In this document: in pieces, positions 1 through 9,343 of the stretch
Position numbering within the stretch: position 1 is the stretch's first letter
Layout of the letters: each line of letters opens with the position of its first letter
Origin: Paracoccaceae bacterium
GTDB taxonomy: Bacteria > Pseudomonadota > Alphaproteobacteria > Rhodobacterales > Rhodobacteraceae
Length of the DNA: 64,000 bases
Reading direction: 5' to 3'
Assembly: GCA_050330995.1 (NCBI GenBank)
Contig: JBHJHI010000057.1
Location: forward strand, 1,649-65,648
Notes under the pieces: generated by a model
The model's database searches: none
Seen by the model: the letters and a program-made list of their open reading frames with translations, nothing else
What the model was told of the DNA's origin: nothing
Made by a program: the position numbers and the translations under genes

Positions 1-1
1 G

Positions 2-349
2 GCCCGCCACGCCTACGTCAGCGCCTCCGAGCAGGAGCGCGCCGACGGCTTCGAACTGTTCCGCGCCAGCATCCAGTGCGGCACCGAGGCGCCCTCGGCC
101 TGCACCCCGCGTCCGCTCTCGGGCTTCTTCTGGGCCGACCAGTCCAGCCACCTGTGGCAGGCCACGCTGCCCTCCGACCTGGAGATCGGCGCGCACACCG
201 TCGAGGTCACCACCACCGACCGCTTCGGGCGCAGCTACAGCGAGACGCTGACCTTCGAGGTGCGCGAGGAGCGTCCCCAGCCGTTCTTCAAGCTGGAGAA
301 CGACCCGATCCCGGTCACCCCGGTCGACGCGCCGATCCCGCAGCAGTGA
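2..349 (+). CDS. Calcineurin-like phosphoesterase, C-terminal domain (5'-partial)
   Basis: Frame 2 from the window edge reads ...QSSHLWQATLPSDLEIGAHTVEVTTTDRFGRSYSETLTFEV..., typical of the MetallophosC C-terminal domain; TGA at 347-349. Not in the ORF track because it has no start. Confidence 0.7.
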   Translation, partial: ARHAYVSASEQERADGFELFRASIQCGTEAPSACTPRPLSGFFWADQSSHLWQATLPSDLEIGAHTVEVTTTDRFGRSYSETLTFEVREERPQPFFKLENDPIPVTPVDAPIPQQ

Positions 350-592
350 TCCCGCGGCCGGCCCTCGCCACCGGAGGGGGCCGGACCCGCGCCGTGACCG
401 ACATCCCGGCCGCTCGGCTCCCCGCGCCTCGTTCCATGCCGGTCGGATCGCGCCTCATGCGGCAGGCTCCGCCGCGTCGTTCTCGACCCGACGGCGCGCC
501 CGGGCCGGTCTCGAACGTGCCCCGCCCCCCCGTCGCGACCGCGCGAGACGGCGCCATCGGGCCTGCCGAGGCGCTGCCGCGCCGTCGGCGGA

Positions 593-1465
593 TCAGCGCC
601 CGCCCGACGCCGCGCGGCGCGCCTCGACGAGCGTCTCGATCGCGACCGGTTCGATCTCGACGTCGTAGTCGCGCATGAGCCGGTCGCGCGCGACGCGCGC
701 GCGCCGGGCTTCCTCCGCATCGAGCCAGTCGAGCGCCACGTCCTCGCGCACGCTCTCGAACGGCGGGTTCTCGCCGGGCAGGCGCTCGTCGAGGCGCACC
801 GGGTGCCAGCCGTCCGGCGCGTCGATCGCCTGCCAGCGGCCGGTCTCGAGCGCCTCGATCGCGCTCAGCAGATCCGGGGGGAACTGCGCCTCGAGGCGCG
901 TGCGCTCGTAGCGGATGAAGGGGTAGATCTCCGGCAGGGGCGCCTCGCTGTCGGGGTCGTTGAGCGCCGCGGCGAGCCGGCGGGCGGCGGCTTCGCTCCC
1001 GTCGCTCTGGGCGACGCTGAACGACAGGACCGGCGGGCTGCCGTAGCGGTGCTTCGTGCGCTCGAACCAAGCGCGCAGCGTCGCCTCGTCGGGGACCTCC
1101 AGCGTGATGGCGTGCAGCAGCAGGTCGCGCGCCCGATCGATCAGCTGCTGGCGGATCTGGGGGTCGCCCTCGGCGAGACCGAGGGCCCGCGCCTCGCGGA
1201 ACAGCGCCTCGCGCTCGGCCCAGCGACGCGACAGCGCGGCGAGTTCGTCCGCCGTCGGCGGGCGGTCGTGGACGGCGACGTGGCGCGCCACGATGGTGCG
1301 CTGCACCGCGTCGCCGACCACGATCCGGCCCTCCTGCGACGCGCGCTCGCCGAGCGCGCGATCGGCGACGAAGAGCGCGAGGCCGATGGCCAGGAACTGC
1401 GCGAGCGGCTCGCGCCGGAGCCGGCGCGAGAGGCGGACGGCTCCGGCGCGCGCCCACATCGGCAT
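593..1465 (-). CDS. Parvulin-like peptidyl-prolyl cis-trans isomerase domain protein (rotamase_2 type)
   Basis: [16 protein letters not shown]-terminal anchor; [23 protein letters not shown]; C-terminal [14 protein letters not shown]. Start taken at the ATG at 1465. Confidence 0.75.
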   Translation of the reverse strand: MPMWARAGAVRLSRRLRREPLAQFLAIGLALFVADRALGERASQEGRIVVGDAVQRTIVARHVAVHDRPPTADELAALSRRWAEREALFREARALGLAEGDPQIRQQLIDRARDLLLHAITLEVPDEATLRAWFERTKHRYGSPPVLSFSVAQSDGSEAAARRLAAALNDPDSEAPLPEIYPFIRYERTRLEAQFPPDLLSAIEALETGRWQAIDAPDGWHPVRLDERLPGENPPFESVREDVALDWLDAEEARRARVARDRLMRDYDVEIEPVAIETLVEARRAASGGR

Positions 1466-1834
1466 GGCGACACCCTCCGGCGGTTCCGGCGATTCCCGTG
1501 CTGCGCGCAGTCTGCGTCTCGGGCCTGCGACGGCAAGAGGGCGCGTCGACGGCCGCCGGCTTCCCGATCGAGCGAGACGTCGGGGGGGCGGCGTTCTCCG
1601 CGAGACCGGCGGTGCCGGGACCGACGGCTCGGGTGGCCCTCGTGACGCGCCCGCCCGAAGGCGAGCGCCGACCGTTCCGGCGAGGATCGGATCGGCGTCA
1701 TGCGATCGACACGGAAGCTTCGCGGGATCGTCGTGGTGCTGGGCGTCCGCGCAATAGGTGTCGCACTGTCGGGATCGCGCCGCCGCGCCGTCCCGCCCGT
1801 TCCACGCCGACTTCCAGACAGGGAGGACGTCGCC

Positions 1835-2815
1835 ATGCCGACCATCGCCCGCCTCTGCGGTCCCGTCGCCGCCCTCGCCCTGCTCGCCGCGCCCGCGGCC
1901 GCGCAGGACATGTCCTGCGCCAACCGCGGCCTGCTCGCCGAGCGCTACTGCGACGAGAACTACGACCTCGTCGCCGATATCCCCAAGGACCGCGGCGAGT
2001 GGGTCGATCCCGACACGCTGTTCTTCTCCTACGTCCCCGTCGAGGACCCGGCGATCTACGAGGACGTGTTCGCCCCCTTCGTCACCCATCTGGAGGAGGT
2101 CACAGGCAAGGACGTGCGCTACTTCTCGGCGCAGTCCTACGCGGCCCAGATCGAGGCGCTGCGCTCGGGGCGGCTGCACGTCGCCGGCCTCTCCACGGGC
2201 TCGACGCCCTTCGGCGTCAACATCGCGGGCTTCGACCCCTTCACCATCATGGGTACCGAGGAGGGCGAGTACGGCTACCGCATGCTCGTCATCACCCACG
2301 CCGACAGCGACATCGAGACCATCGAGGATCTGAAAGGCCAGACCGTCGCGCATACCGAGCAGGCGTCGAACTCGGGAAACCAGGCGCCGCGCGCGCTGCT
2401 CGCCTCCGAGGGCGTGACGCCGGGCGAGGATTACGAGGTCGTCTACTCGGGCGGGCACGACCAGTCGATCCTGGGCGTGGCCAACCGCGACTACGTCGCC
2501 GCCCCCGTCGCCTCGTCGGTGCTCGACCGCATGAGCGACCGCGGGGTCGTGGACATGGCGAACCTCAAGGTGATCTACGAGAGCCAGTCGTTCCCGACCA
2601 CGGCCTTCGGCAACGCCCACGACCTCGACCCGGCGCTGCGGCTGCTGATCGAGAAGGCGTTCTACACCTTCGAGTTCGAGGGCACCTCGATCGGCGAGGA
2701 ATTCCAGGACGCCGACCGCTTCATCCCGATCACCTACAAGGACAACTGGCAGGTCATCCGCACCATCCAGGAGCAGAACGACGTGCAGTACACCACCGAG
2801 AACCTGTCGGAGTGA
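1835..2815 (+). CDS. phnD: Phosphate/phosphite/phosphonate ABC transporter substrate-binding protein
   Basis: GGAGG RBS at 1822-1826; signal peptide; [21 protein letters not shown] and SGGHDQS motifs of the PhnD family. Confidence 0.85.
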   Translation: MPTIARLCGPVAALALLAAPAAAQDMSCANRGLLAERYCDENYDLVADIPKDRGEWVDPDTLFFSYVPVEDPAIYEDVFAPFVTHLEEVTGKDVRYFSAQSYAAQIEALRSGRLHVAGLSTGSTPFGVNIAGFDPFTIMGTEEGEYGYRMLVITHADSDIETIEDLKGQTVAHTEQASNSGNQAPRALLASEGVTPGEDYEVVYSGGHDQSILGVANRDYVAAPVASSVLDRMSDRGVVDMANLKVIYESQSFPTTAFGNAHDLDPALRLLIEKAFYTFEFEGTSIGEEFQDADRFIPITYKDNWQVIRTIQEQNDVQYTTENLSE

Positions 2816-3627
2816 GCGACGCGCTCGTCATAGAGCGGCTCTCCAAGAGCTACGTCGAGGGCGGCGCGTCCGCCCTCGACGGTGTCGACCTGCGCGTGGA
2901 GGGCGCGGAGGTGGTCGCCGTCATCGGCCCCTCGGGTGCCGGCAAATCAACGCTGATCCGCTGCGTCAACCGCCTCGTGGAGCCGACCTCCGGGCGCATC
3001 GTGCTCGACGGCGAGGCGATCACGGGGCTCTCGACCCGCGGCCTGCGCCGCGCGCGCCGGCGCATCGCCATGATCTTCCAGGAATTCAACCTCGTCGAGC
3101 GGCTGAGCGTGATGGAGAACGTGCTCTCGGGCCGGCTCGGCCACGTCTCCTTCCTCGCCGCCGCGCTCAGGCGTTTCCCGCAGAGGGACATCGACGCCGC
3201 CTTCGACCTGCTCGACGCGGTCGGGCTGACCGGCTTCGAGAACGTCCGTGCCGACGCGCTCTCGGGCGGGCAGCGCCAGCGCGTCGGCATCGCCCGCGCG
3301 CTGATGCAGGAGCCCAAGATCCTGCTCGTCGACGAGCCCACCTCGGCGCTCGACCCGCGCACAGCGCGCACGATCCTCGGCCTCATCGCCCGCCTCGCGC
3401 GCGAGCGCGGCCTGCCGGTGCTCGTGAACATCCACGACGTCTCCCTCGCGCTCGACTTCGCCGAGCGGGTGGTCGGGCTGAGCGAGGGCAGGGTGGTGTT
3501 CGACGGCCCGCCCGAGGCGGTCGACGCCGACGCGCTGACGCGCGTCTACGGCGAGGCCGACTGGTCGTCGGTCCTCAGGCGCAGCGAGGAGCCCGCGCCC
3601 ATGCCGGAAGGGCACGCCGCGCAATGA
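2812..3627 (+). CDS. phnC: Phosphonate-type ABC transporter ATP-binding protein
   Basis: GTGA overlap with phnD; Walker [19 protein letters not shown] signature, DEPTSALDP, and [22 protein letters not shown]. Confidence 0.9.
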   Translation: MSDALVIERLSKSYVEGGASALDGVDLRVEGAEVVAVIGPSGAGKSTLIRCVNRLVEPTSGRIVLDGEAITGLSTRGLRRARRRIAMIFQEFNLVERLSVMENVLSGRLGHVSFLAAALRRFPQRDIDAAFDLLDAVGLTGFENVRADALSGGQRQRVGIARALMQEPKILLVDEPTSALDPRTARTILGLIARLARERGLPVLVNIHDVSLALDFAERVVGLSEGRVVFDGPPEAVDADALTRVYGEADWSSVLRRSEEPAPMPEGHAAQ

Positions 3628-4439
3628 CGGCGGCCGCCGAACCGGTCTCCGCCGCGCCGCGGCGCTGGCGCAAGCCACCGGCGATCGCCAACCGCTGGCT
3701 GCGCTGGGGGCTGACGCTGGCGGCGCTCGCCTACCTCGTCTGGGGCGTCGCGGATCTGGAGTTCGACCTCGACCGCATCGCCCGCGGCCTGCCGCGCGCG
3801 GCGGACATGCTCGCGCGCATGGTGCCCCCCGACTTCGCGCGCTGGGACCTGCTGGTCGAGGGCATGATCGAGAGCCTGCAGATGGCCGTCATCGCCACCG
3901 CCCTCGGCGCGGTGGTCTCGATCCCGATCGGCTTCGGCGCCGCCTCCAACGTCGCGCCCGCGCCGGTCTTTTGGGCGATGCGCGGCTACATTGCGGTGGC
4001 GCGCACCTTCCCGGAGGTGCTGATCGCCATCTTCTTGGTCAAAGCCTTCGGCTTCGGCACCTTCGCGGGCCTCCTGACGCTGTTCATCGCGTCCACCGGC
4101 TTCATCGGCAAGCTGCTCGCCGAGGAGATCGAGGCCGTCGATCCCGGCCAGGTCGAGGCCGTGCGCGCGACCGGCGCGGGGCCGGCCAAGGTGCTGCTCT
4201 ACGGGATCGCGCCGCAGGTGATGCCGCGCTACGTCGGGCTTCTGGTCTACCGCCTCGACATCAACCTCCGCGAATCGACCATCCTCGGCATCGTCGGCGC
4301 GGGCGGCATCGGCGCCGTCCTCTACAACGCCTTCTCGCGCTACGAGTACGCCTTCGCGGCCGCCATCCTGCTCTCGATCATCGCCGTGGTGCTCGTCGGC
4401 GAATGGGCGTCCGGCTACGTCCGGCGGCGGATCACGTGA
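3624..4439 (+). CDS. phnE: Phosphonate-type ABC transporter permease 1
   Basis: Hydrophobic; [11 protein letters not shown] loop; [19 protein letters not shown] motif; ATGA overlap. Confidence 0.9.
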   Translation: MTAAAEPVSAAPRRWRKPPAIANRWLRWGLTLAALAYLVWGVADLEFDLDRIARGLPRAADMLARMVPPDFARWDLLVEGMIESLQMAVIATALGAVVSIPIGFGAASNVAPAPVFWAMRGYIAVARTFPEVLIAIFLVKAFGFGTFAGLLTLFIASTGFIGKLLAEEIEAVDPGQVEAVRATGAGPAKVLLYGIAPQVMPRYVGLLVYRLDINLRESTILGIVGAGGIGAVLYNAFSRYEYAFAAAILLSIIAVVLVGEWASGYVRRRIT

Positions 4440-5224
4440 GCGGCCGCGTCTGGGAGCGCGAGACGCGGAGCCAGCGCTGGCGCCGCTTCGGGTTCCAGCT
4501 CGCGGGGCTCATGGTCCTCGTCTGGGCGGCGGCGGCGATGGACGTGCACTGGCCGTTCGTGCTCGACGCGCCGAGCCAGATCGGCGATCTGGCCGGCCGC
4601 ATGGTGCCGCCCGACTGGCCGTTCTTCCTCCAGATCGTCGATCCGCTGCTCGAGACCATCAACATCGCCACCATCGGCACGCTTCTCGGCGGGCTCCTGT
4701 CGATCCCGGTGGCGCTGATGGCCGCGCAGAACCTGACGCCGAACCGGGTCACGCTCTGGATCGCGCGGGTGATCGTCGTCGGATCGCGCTCGGTCAACGA
4801 GCTGGTCTGGGCGCTGATCTTCGCGGTCGTCTTCGGCCCCGGTCCGGCGGCGGGGATGGTGGCGATCGCGGTGTCCTCGGTCGGCTTCATCTCGAAGCTG
4901 ATCGCGGAAGGGATCGAGGAGATCGACCCCGGCCAGGTCGAGGCCGTGCGCGCCACCGGCGCGGGACCGGGGCAGGTGCTGCTCTACGGGATCGTGCCGC
5001 AGATCATGCCGACGGTCGCGGGCGTGATGACCTTCCGCTGGGACATCAACATCCGCCAGTCGTCCATCATCGGGCTCGTGGGCGCGGGCGGCATCGGCAT
5101 CGCGCTCAACAACGCCATGAACTCCTTTGCCTGGCGCGAGGTGACGGTGATCCTCATCGCGATCCTCGCCATCGTCGCGCTCTCGGAATGGGCCTCGGCG
5201 GCGCTGCGCCGGCGGGTGACCTGA
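4436..5224 (+). CDS. phnE: Phosphonate-type ABC transporter permease 2
   Basis: GTG start overlapping the previous stop; EAVRATGA; RWDINIRQSSIIGLVGAGGIG. Confidence 0.9.
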   Translation: MSGRVWERETRSQRWRRFGFQLAGLMVLVWAAAAMDVHWPFVLDAPSQIGDLAGRMVPPDWPFFLQIVDPLLETINIATIGTLLGGLLSIPVALMAAQNLTPNRVTLWIARVIVVGSRSVNELVWALIFAVVFGPGPAAGMVAIAVSSVGFISKLIAEGIEEIDPGQVEAVRATGAGPGQVLLYGIVPQIMPTVAGVMTFRWDINIRQSSIIGLVGAGGIGIALNNAMNSFAWREVTVILIAILAIVALSEWASAALRRRVT

Positions 5225-5230
5225 AGTTTT

Positions 5231-5253
5231 CGGCCCCGCTCGTGGCGGGGCCG
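5231..5253 (+). terminator. GC-rich hairpin after the phn operon
   Basis: CGGCCCCGC-TCGTG-GCGGGGCCG perfect 9-bp stem 7 nt after the phnE stop; lacks a clear U-tract. Confidence 0.4.
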
Positions 5254-5827
5254 GAACTGTCCCGGAACGGCGGACCGCCGCCTGCGGCGCCGGACGGGCG
5301 ACCGGGTATCGCCCGGGCGGCCCGCGCCGGCCGGCGTTCGTCGTGGCGCCGACGGTCGGGCAGGGGGCTCGTCCCGTACGCTCGGGGCCCCGGCTCGACC
5401 GCCCGACGGCGGCACGCGCGCCATCGGCACGCGCGAGCGGGAACAAGGCACGACGACCGCCACCGGCCTCGTTCGAGCGGGCGTCGGATGCGCCCGCGCC
5501 CGGATCGGGCAGGCGCCGGTCGCGGAACGCGATCCGCACGGGCGGAGGACGCCAGGCCTCGGCGCTGCTCTTTTGCTGGGTCGCGCCGCTGTCCGGGCCA
5601 CGGCATGGCGCCTCGCGCGACCAAGGCGCCGGGATCATCCTCGCGTCGAGACGACGTCGGACGGCCGGTGGATTGGAAGTTCGCTTCACCTCGCGGGAAG
5701 CATAAGAAACGCTTGTCCCGATAAAGTGAGACGCGCCGCCGTGCCACAATCGCGCCCAGAACCCTACCGCATCGTCAATCACCGGCGACCGGGCCGGAAG
5801 TGTGATAGTGGCGAAGGGGGACGAACA

Positions 5828-6688
5828 ATGACACGATTGGCAAGACGCGCGGCACTGGGGCTCGTGCTCGGCCTCGGCATGGCCGCGCCGGCGCTCGGGT
5901 GGGAGAGCGCCGAGCTCGCGCAGCTGCCGCAGGGCGATCCGGCGCGCAAGCTCGCGATCCTGCACCATCAGGAGGCGCTGCTCGAGCAGATCGTCACCAG
6001 CGTCTGCTACGTCGACGCCGGTCTCGCGCCCGAGCGCCATCGCGCCCTCGCCTACGCCGCGCGCGACCGCTTCGAGGCGACGCTGCCCGACATCGCCGCC
6101 GAGATCGCGCGCCTCGACCCGAAGCACCCCTCGGCCCGGCGCCTGCAGCGCGAGATCGCCAAGAAGACCGAGCGCTGGTATCGCTTCCGCGTCCTCGTCG
6201 AAGGCGAACTGAAAGCGGCCGAGCCTTCGCCGGAGGCGCTGTTCCAGATCACCGGCCTCGAGGAAGGGCTCGTGGGCATGATCGAGCGCGCCTACAAGCT
6301 CGTGCGCCGCGACATGATCAAGAGCGGCAAGCTCGCCCTCGCCGACACCATCGCCGAGAGCGCCACCTTCCATCACGTCTTCCTCGTGCAGCGGCTGGCC
6401 AAGGAGACCTGCCTCGTCGTCGAGGGCGCCGGCGGCGCGTACGAGCGCGCCAAGCTCGGCGAGGCGATCGGGTATGTCGACCAGATGCTCGAAGCCGACG
6501 CGCGCTCGCTCGTCGTCGACCCGACGCTGAAGGCGTTGATCCCCGAGTGGCAGGCGCTGATGCCCGAGATCCGGGCGCTGCGCGAGGGCGGTGCGGCGGC
6601 GCCGGACCTCCTGGTCCGCCTCGAGGCGCTGGTCGAGCGCTGGGGTGAAGCCGCCGGCGCTCCCTCCCTCGAGATCGAGCAGAGCTGA
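5828..6688 (+). CDS. Secreted protein with two PilJ/NarX-like four-helix sensor repeats (divergent)
   Basis: Signal peptide (MTRLARRAALGLVLGLGMAAPALG). Two repeats each carry a Cys (EQIVTSVCY...RHRAL...FEATL; VQRLAKETCLV), resembling stand-alone PilJ N-terminal-domain proteins of Rhodobacteraceae. Confidence 0.55.
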   Translation: MTRLARRAALGLVLGLGMAAPALGWESAELAQLPQGDPARKLAILHHQEALLEQIVTSVCYVDAGLAPERHRALAYAARDRFEATLPDIAAEIARLDPKHPSARRLQREIAKKTERWYRFRVLVEGELKAAEPSPEALFQITGLEEGLVGMIERAYKLVRRDMIKSGKLALADTIAESATFHHVFLVQRLAKETCLVVEGAGGAYERAKLGEAIGYVDQMLEADARSLVVDPTLKALIPEWQALMPEIRALREGGAAAPDLLVRLEALVERWGEAAGAPSLEIEQS

Positions 6689-6925
6689 CTGTCCCGGGCC
6701 GCGCGCCGTCGCTCGTGGCGTGCGGCTTGGGCCCGTCGCCGTATCGGGGGTGATCGTCCTCGCCGACGCCGGCGGGCTCGGACGCGGACGCTTCGAGCCG
6801 GCCCGCGCGGCCGATCATCCCGTACCGGTCCGATCGGCCGTCGATCGGACCGGCAAGCCGACAGAGCGTCGGGGACGATCCGCCCCGACCCGAAGCACCG
6901 TGACCGACCGCACCGGAGAGTTGAG

Positions 6926-7324
6926 ATGTTCGCGTTCGTTTCCGTCGCCCTCGGCCTCGCCGTCGCCGTCCCCGAGGTCGAGCCGGAGGCCCGCCACCGG
7001 TCGATCGATCCGCTGACCGTCGAGATCGCCCATTGCGCCGTCGTCATGAAGCTGAGCGCCGGCATCGCCACGGCGCTCGCGACCGATCCGGCGCCACGCC
7101 TCGCCGGAGAGGCCGACGCGGCGCGCGACCTCGTCCATCGCCGCGTCGCCGCGACCCTGCGCCTCGGCGAGGCCGAGGCGGCGATGGTCGCCGCCCTCCT
7201 GCTGGCCGTCCGAAGCGACAGCGCCCAGCGCGACGTGATCGCGGCGCACGCGGCGACCGGCGAGCCGCTGCCCCGAACGCTCATCAGCGACTGTCGCGCC
7301 ACCCTCCAGGGAGCGGGAGAGTAA
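6926..7324 (+). CDS. Hypothetical protein, probable signal peptide
   Basis: GGAGAG upstream; hydrophobic N-terminus; two Cys; GC3-biased codons. Confidence 0.6.
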   Translation: MFAFVSVALGLAVAVPEVEPEARHRSIDPLTVEIAHCAVVMKLSAGIATALATDPAPRLAGEADAARDLVHRRVAATLRLGEAEAAMVAALLLAVRSDSAQRDVIAAHAATGEPLPRTLISDCRATLQGAGE

Positions 7325-7328
7325 GGGG

Positions 7329-8086
7329 CGCGTTGGTGTACGGATCGCGGTGGCGTCGGCCTCGGCGGTGCGGTAGCGCCTCGCCATGCCCTTCAAGTTC
7401 CACGAGCCGCGCCGCCATCGGGTGCCGAAGGCCCGCTAACCGGGTGACGAACTGGCCGAGGTACGACCGCGGTCTGGTCGGGCGGGGCGATCTGCGGCTC
7501 TGGGTCGCCGGGGACGCACTCGCGGCCTGGGCTGCGCCTCGACGGCGGACACGGGGCGGTCAGGCGCGCTTCTCGGATCTGGCGATCGAGACGGTGCTGA
7601 TGCTGGCGAGCGTGTTCCGGCTGGCGCTTCGCCAAGCCGAGGGCGCATCCGCTCGGTGATCGCCGCTGGTGCCTACGACGGGCGCCGATCTACGAGGCGA
7701 TCCGGGACGCCCGACCGTCGCGTTCGCCGCCGAGGATTGTCATCCCGCCGTCCGCACTGTGGATTCCGCCCCCGGGCGCCGCCCACGGCGGCAGCGAGCG
7801 CGAGCGCCACGCTGCCGAGATCGGCGCGCATGGCCGGATGGCCTGGCAGAAGGCGCATGGTTATGGCCGGCGCTCGCTCGTCGAGACGGCGATGTCCTGG
7901 CTGAAGCGCCGGGACGGCGATCGTCTCACGGCACGCGGCGTCGAGGCGCAGCGCAAGGAGATCGCCTCCCGAGTCTCCGCCGCCAACAAGGCGATCCGTC
8001 AGGCTAAACCGTCACCGTCCGCATCGCCTGAGCGGAGCTCCCGGAAGGCCCGCTCACGGTCAGTCGCCGATCTACGCACCAGCGCC
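7329..8086 (+). mobile_element. Degenerate IS5-family (IS903-like) insertion sequence remnant
   Basis: Imperfect 18-bp terminal inverted repeats, 7329-7346 (CGCGTTGGTGTACGGATC) versus the reverse complement of 8069-8086 (GGCGCTGGTGCGTAGATC), 12/18 matches, enclosing transposase fragments. Confidence 0.75.
7386..8031 (+). pseudogene. IS5/IS903-group transposase pseudogene
   Basis: MPFKFHEPRRHRVPKAR, then a +1 frameshift (TAA at 7437), then VTNWPRYDRGLVGRGDLRLW...GGQARFSDLAIETVLMLASVFRLALRQAEG, an internal deletion, a GAYDG remnant, and GRMAWQKAHGYGRRSLVETAM. Confidence 0.85.
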
Positions 8087-8136
8087 GCGCGCTTCGAGGA
8101 GATCAACCGCCCGGCTCCAGGGGCGCGGTCCGAAGC

Positions 8137-8211
8137 TGGCTGGGGCGGCAGGATTCGAACCTGCGCATGGCGGTACCAAAAACCGCTGCCTTACCGCTTG
8201 GCTACGCCCCA
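8137..8211 (-). tRNA. tRNA-Gln (anticodon UUG)
   Basis: Reverse complement TGGGGCGTAGCCAAGCGGTAAGGCAGCGGTTTTTGGTACCGCCATGCGCAGGTTCGAATCCTGCCGCCCCAGCCA; cloverleaf, GTTCGAATC T-loop, encoded CCA. Confidence 0.95.
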
Positions 8212-8349
8212 TCCGGGGCTGCTTCTAGCCGGTCGGATCGGGGGCTCGCAAGGCGGTGTCGCGCCGCGAGGCGCGCGATCTCCGTCTCCGCCGCGAGGCG
8301 CGCGACCCGGCCCCGGCCGACGAGGCGCCTCGGCCGCGTCGCGTCCGCC

Positions 8350-9231
8350 TCAGCCCTCGGCCGCGAGCACGGCGGCGAGGCCCTCGCGGTAGCTCGGGTA
8401 GGCCAGCGCGACACTGAGATCGTGCTTGATCCGCGTGTTCGAGACGCGCTTCGATTCCGCGTAGAAGCTGCGCGCCATCGCCGACAGCTCGGCCGCCTCG
8501 AAGGCGACCTCCGGTGGGGGCTCGCGGCCGAGCAGTGCCGCGGCGTGGGCGAGCACGTCCTGGGGCGGCGCCGGCTCGTCGTCGCAGACGTTGTAGACCG
8601 CGCCGGGGCAGGGGCGGGCGATCGAGGCCTTCAGCACGGCCGCGATGTCGTCCACGTGGATGCGGCTGAACACCTGGCCGTCCTTGACGATCCGGCGCGC
8701 GGTGCCCGCGCGGACCTTCTCGAACGGGCCGCGGCCGGGGCCGTAGATTCCGGCGAGGCGGAAGACGTGGACGCCGAGCCCCGTGTCGCGGTGGAGGGCC
8801 AGCCAGTCGTCCTCGGCCGCGACGCGGGCGCGGCCGCGCTCGGTGGCCGGGCGGCGCTCGGCCGCCTCGTCGACCCAGCCGCCGGCGCGGTCGCCGTAGA
8901 CCCCGATGGTCGAGAGATAGCCGACCCAGGCGAAGGCGCGCGCGCGCTCGGCGACGGCCTCGCGCGCCGCTGCCAGCACCGGGTCGCCGGACACCTCCTC
9001 CGACGCTTTCGGCGCGGCCGAGATCAGCAGATGGTCGGCGCGGTCGATCGCCGCCGCGAGCGCTTCGCTCGGCCCGCCCTCCCAGACCAGCGGCTCGACG
9101 CCGCGCCCGGCGAGCGCCTCGGCCTTGGCCGCCGAGCGGGTCGAGCCGATCACGTGCCAGCCCTCGGGGAGCAGGCGGCGGGCGAGCGCGTCGGCCGAGT
9201 AGCCGTGGCCGAGGGGCAGGAGCGTGGGCAT
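8350..9231 (-). CDS. SDR / NAD-dependent epimerase-dehydratase family oxidoreductase
   Basis: LGHGYSA Rossmann variant, YLSTIGVYGD, FRLAGIYGPGR, SRIHVDDIA, FYAESKRVSN. Confidence 0.85.
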   Translation of the reverse strand: MPTLLPLGHGYSADALARRLLPEGWHVIGSTRSAAKAEALAGRGVEPLVWEGGPSEALAAAIDRADHLLISAAPKASEEVSGDPVLAAAREAVAERARAFAWVGYLSTIGVYGDRAGGWVDEAAERRPATERGRARVAAEDDWLALHRDTGLGVHVFRLAGIYGPGRGPFEKVRAGTARRIVKDGQVFSRIHVDDIAAVLKASIARPCPGAVYNVCDDEPAPPQDVLAHAAALLGREPPPEVAFEAAELSAMARSFYAESKRVSNTRIKHDLSVALAYPSYREGLAAVLAAEG

Positions 9232-9343
9232 GGGCGATTCTCCGGGGCGGGCGGTCCGAGACGGGGCCGGACGCGAGCGGGGCGGGCGACGTCCGGTTCG
9301 GCGGCGGGACGGCCGGGCGAGGCGTCGCGGCGGGCGGGGCGGA

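Noticed and set aside
1690-1790. Possible Pho box upstream of phnD (GTGTCGC/CTGTCGG)
   Set aside because: The half-sites are 8 bp apart rather than 11, and match CTGTCAT poorly.
5521-5534. 14-mer CGCGGAACGCGATC also present at about 14275
   Set aside because: Only two copies with no extended similarity; compatible with chance in high-GC DNA.
5260-5820. 560-bp gap after the phn operon
   Set aside because: No credible ORF, repeat or recognisable RNA motif; the right end looks like an ordinary promoter region.
8100-8211. tRNA-Gln as the att site of an integrated island
   Set aside because: No duplicate of the tRNA 3' end and no integrase found in the window.
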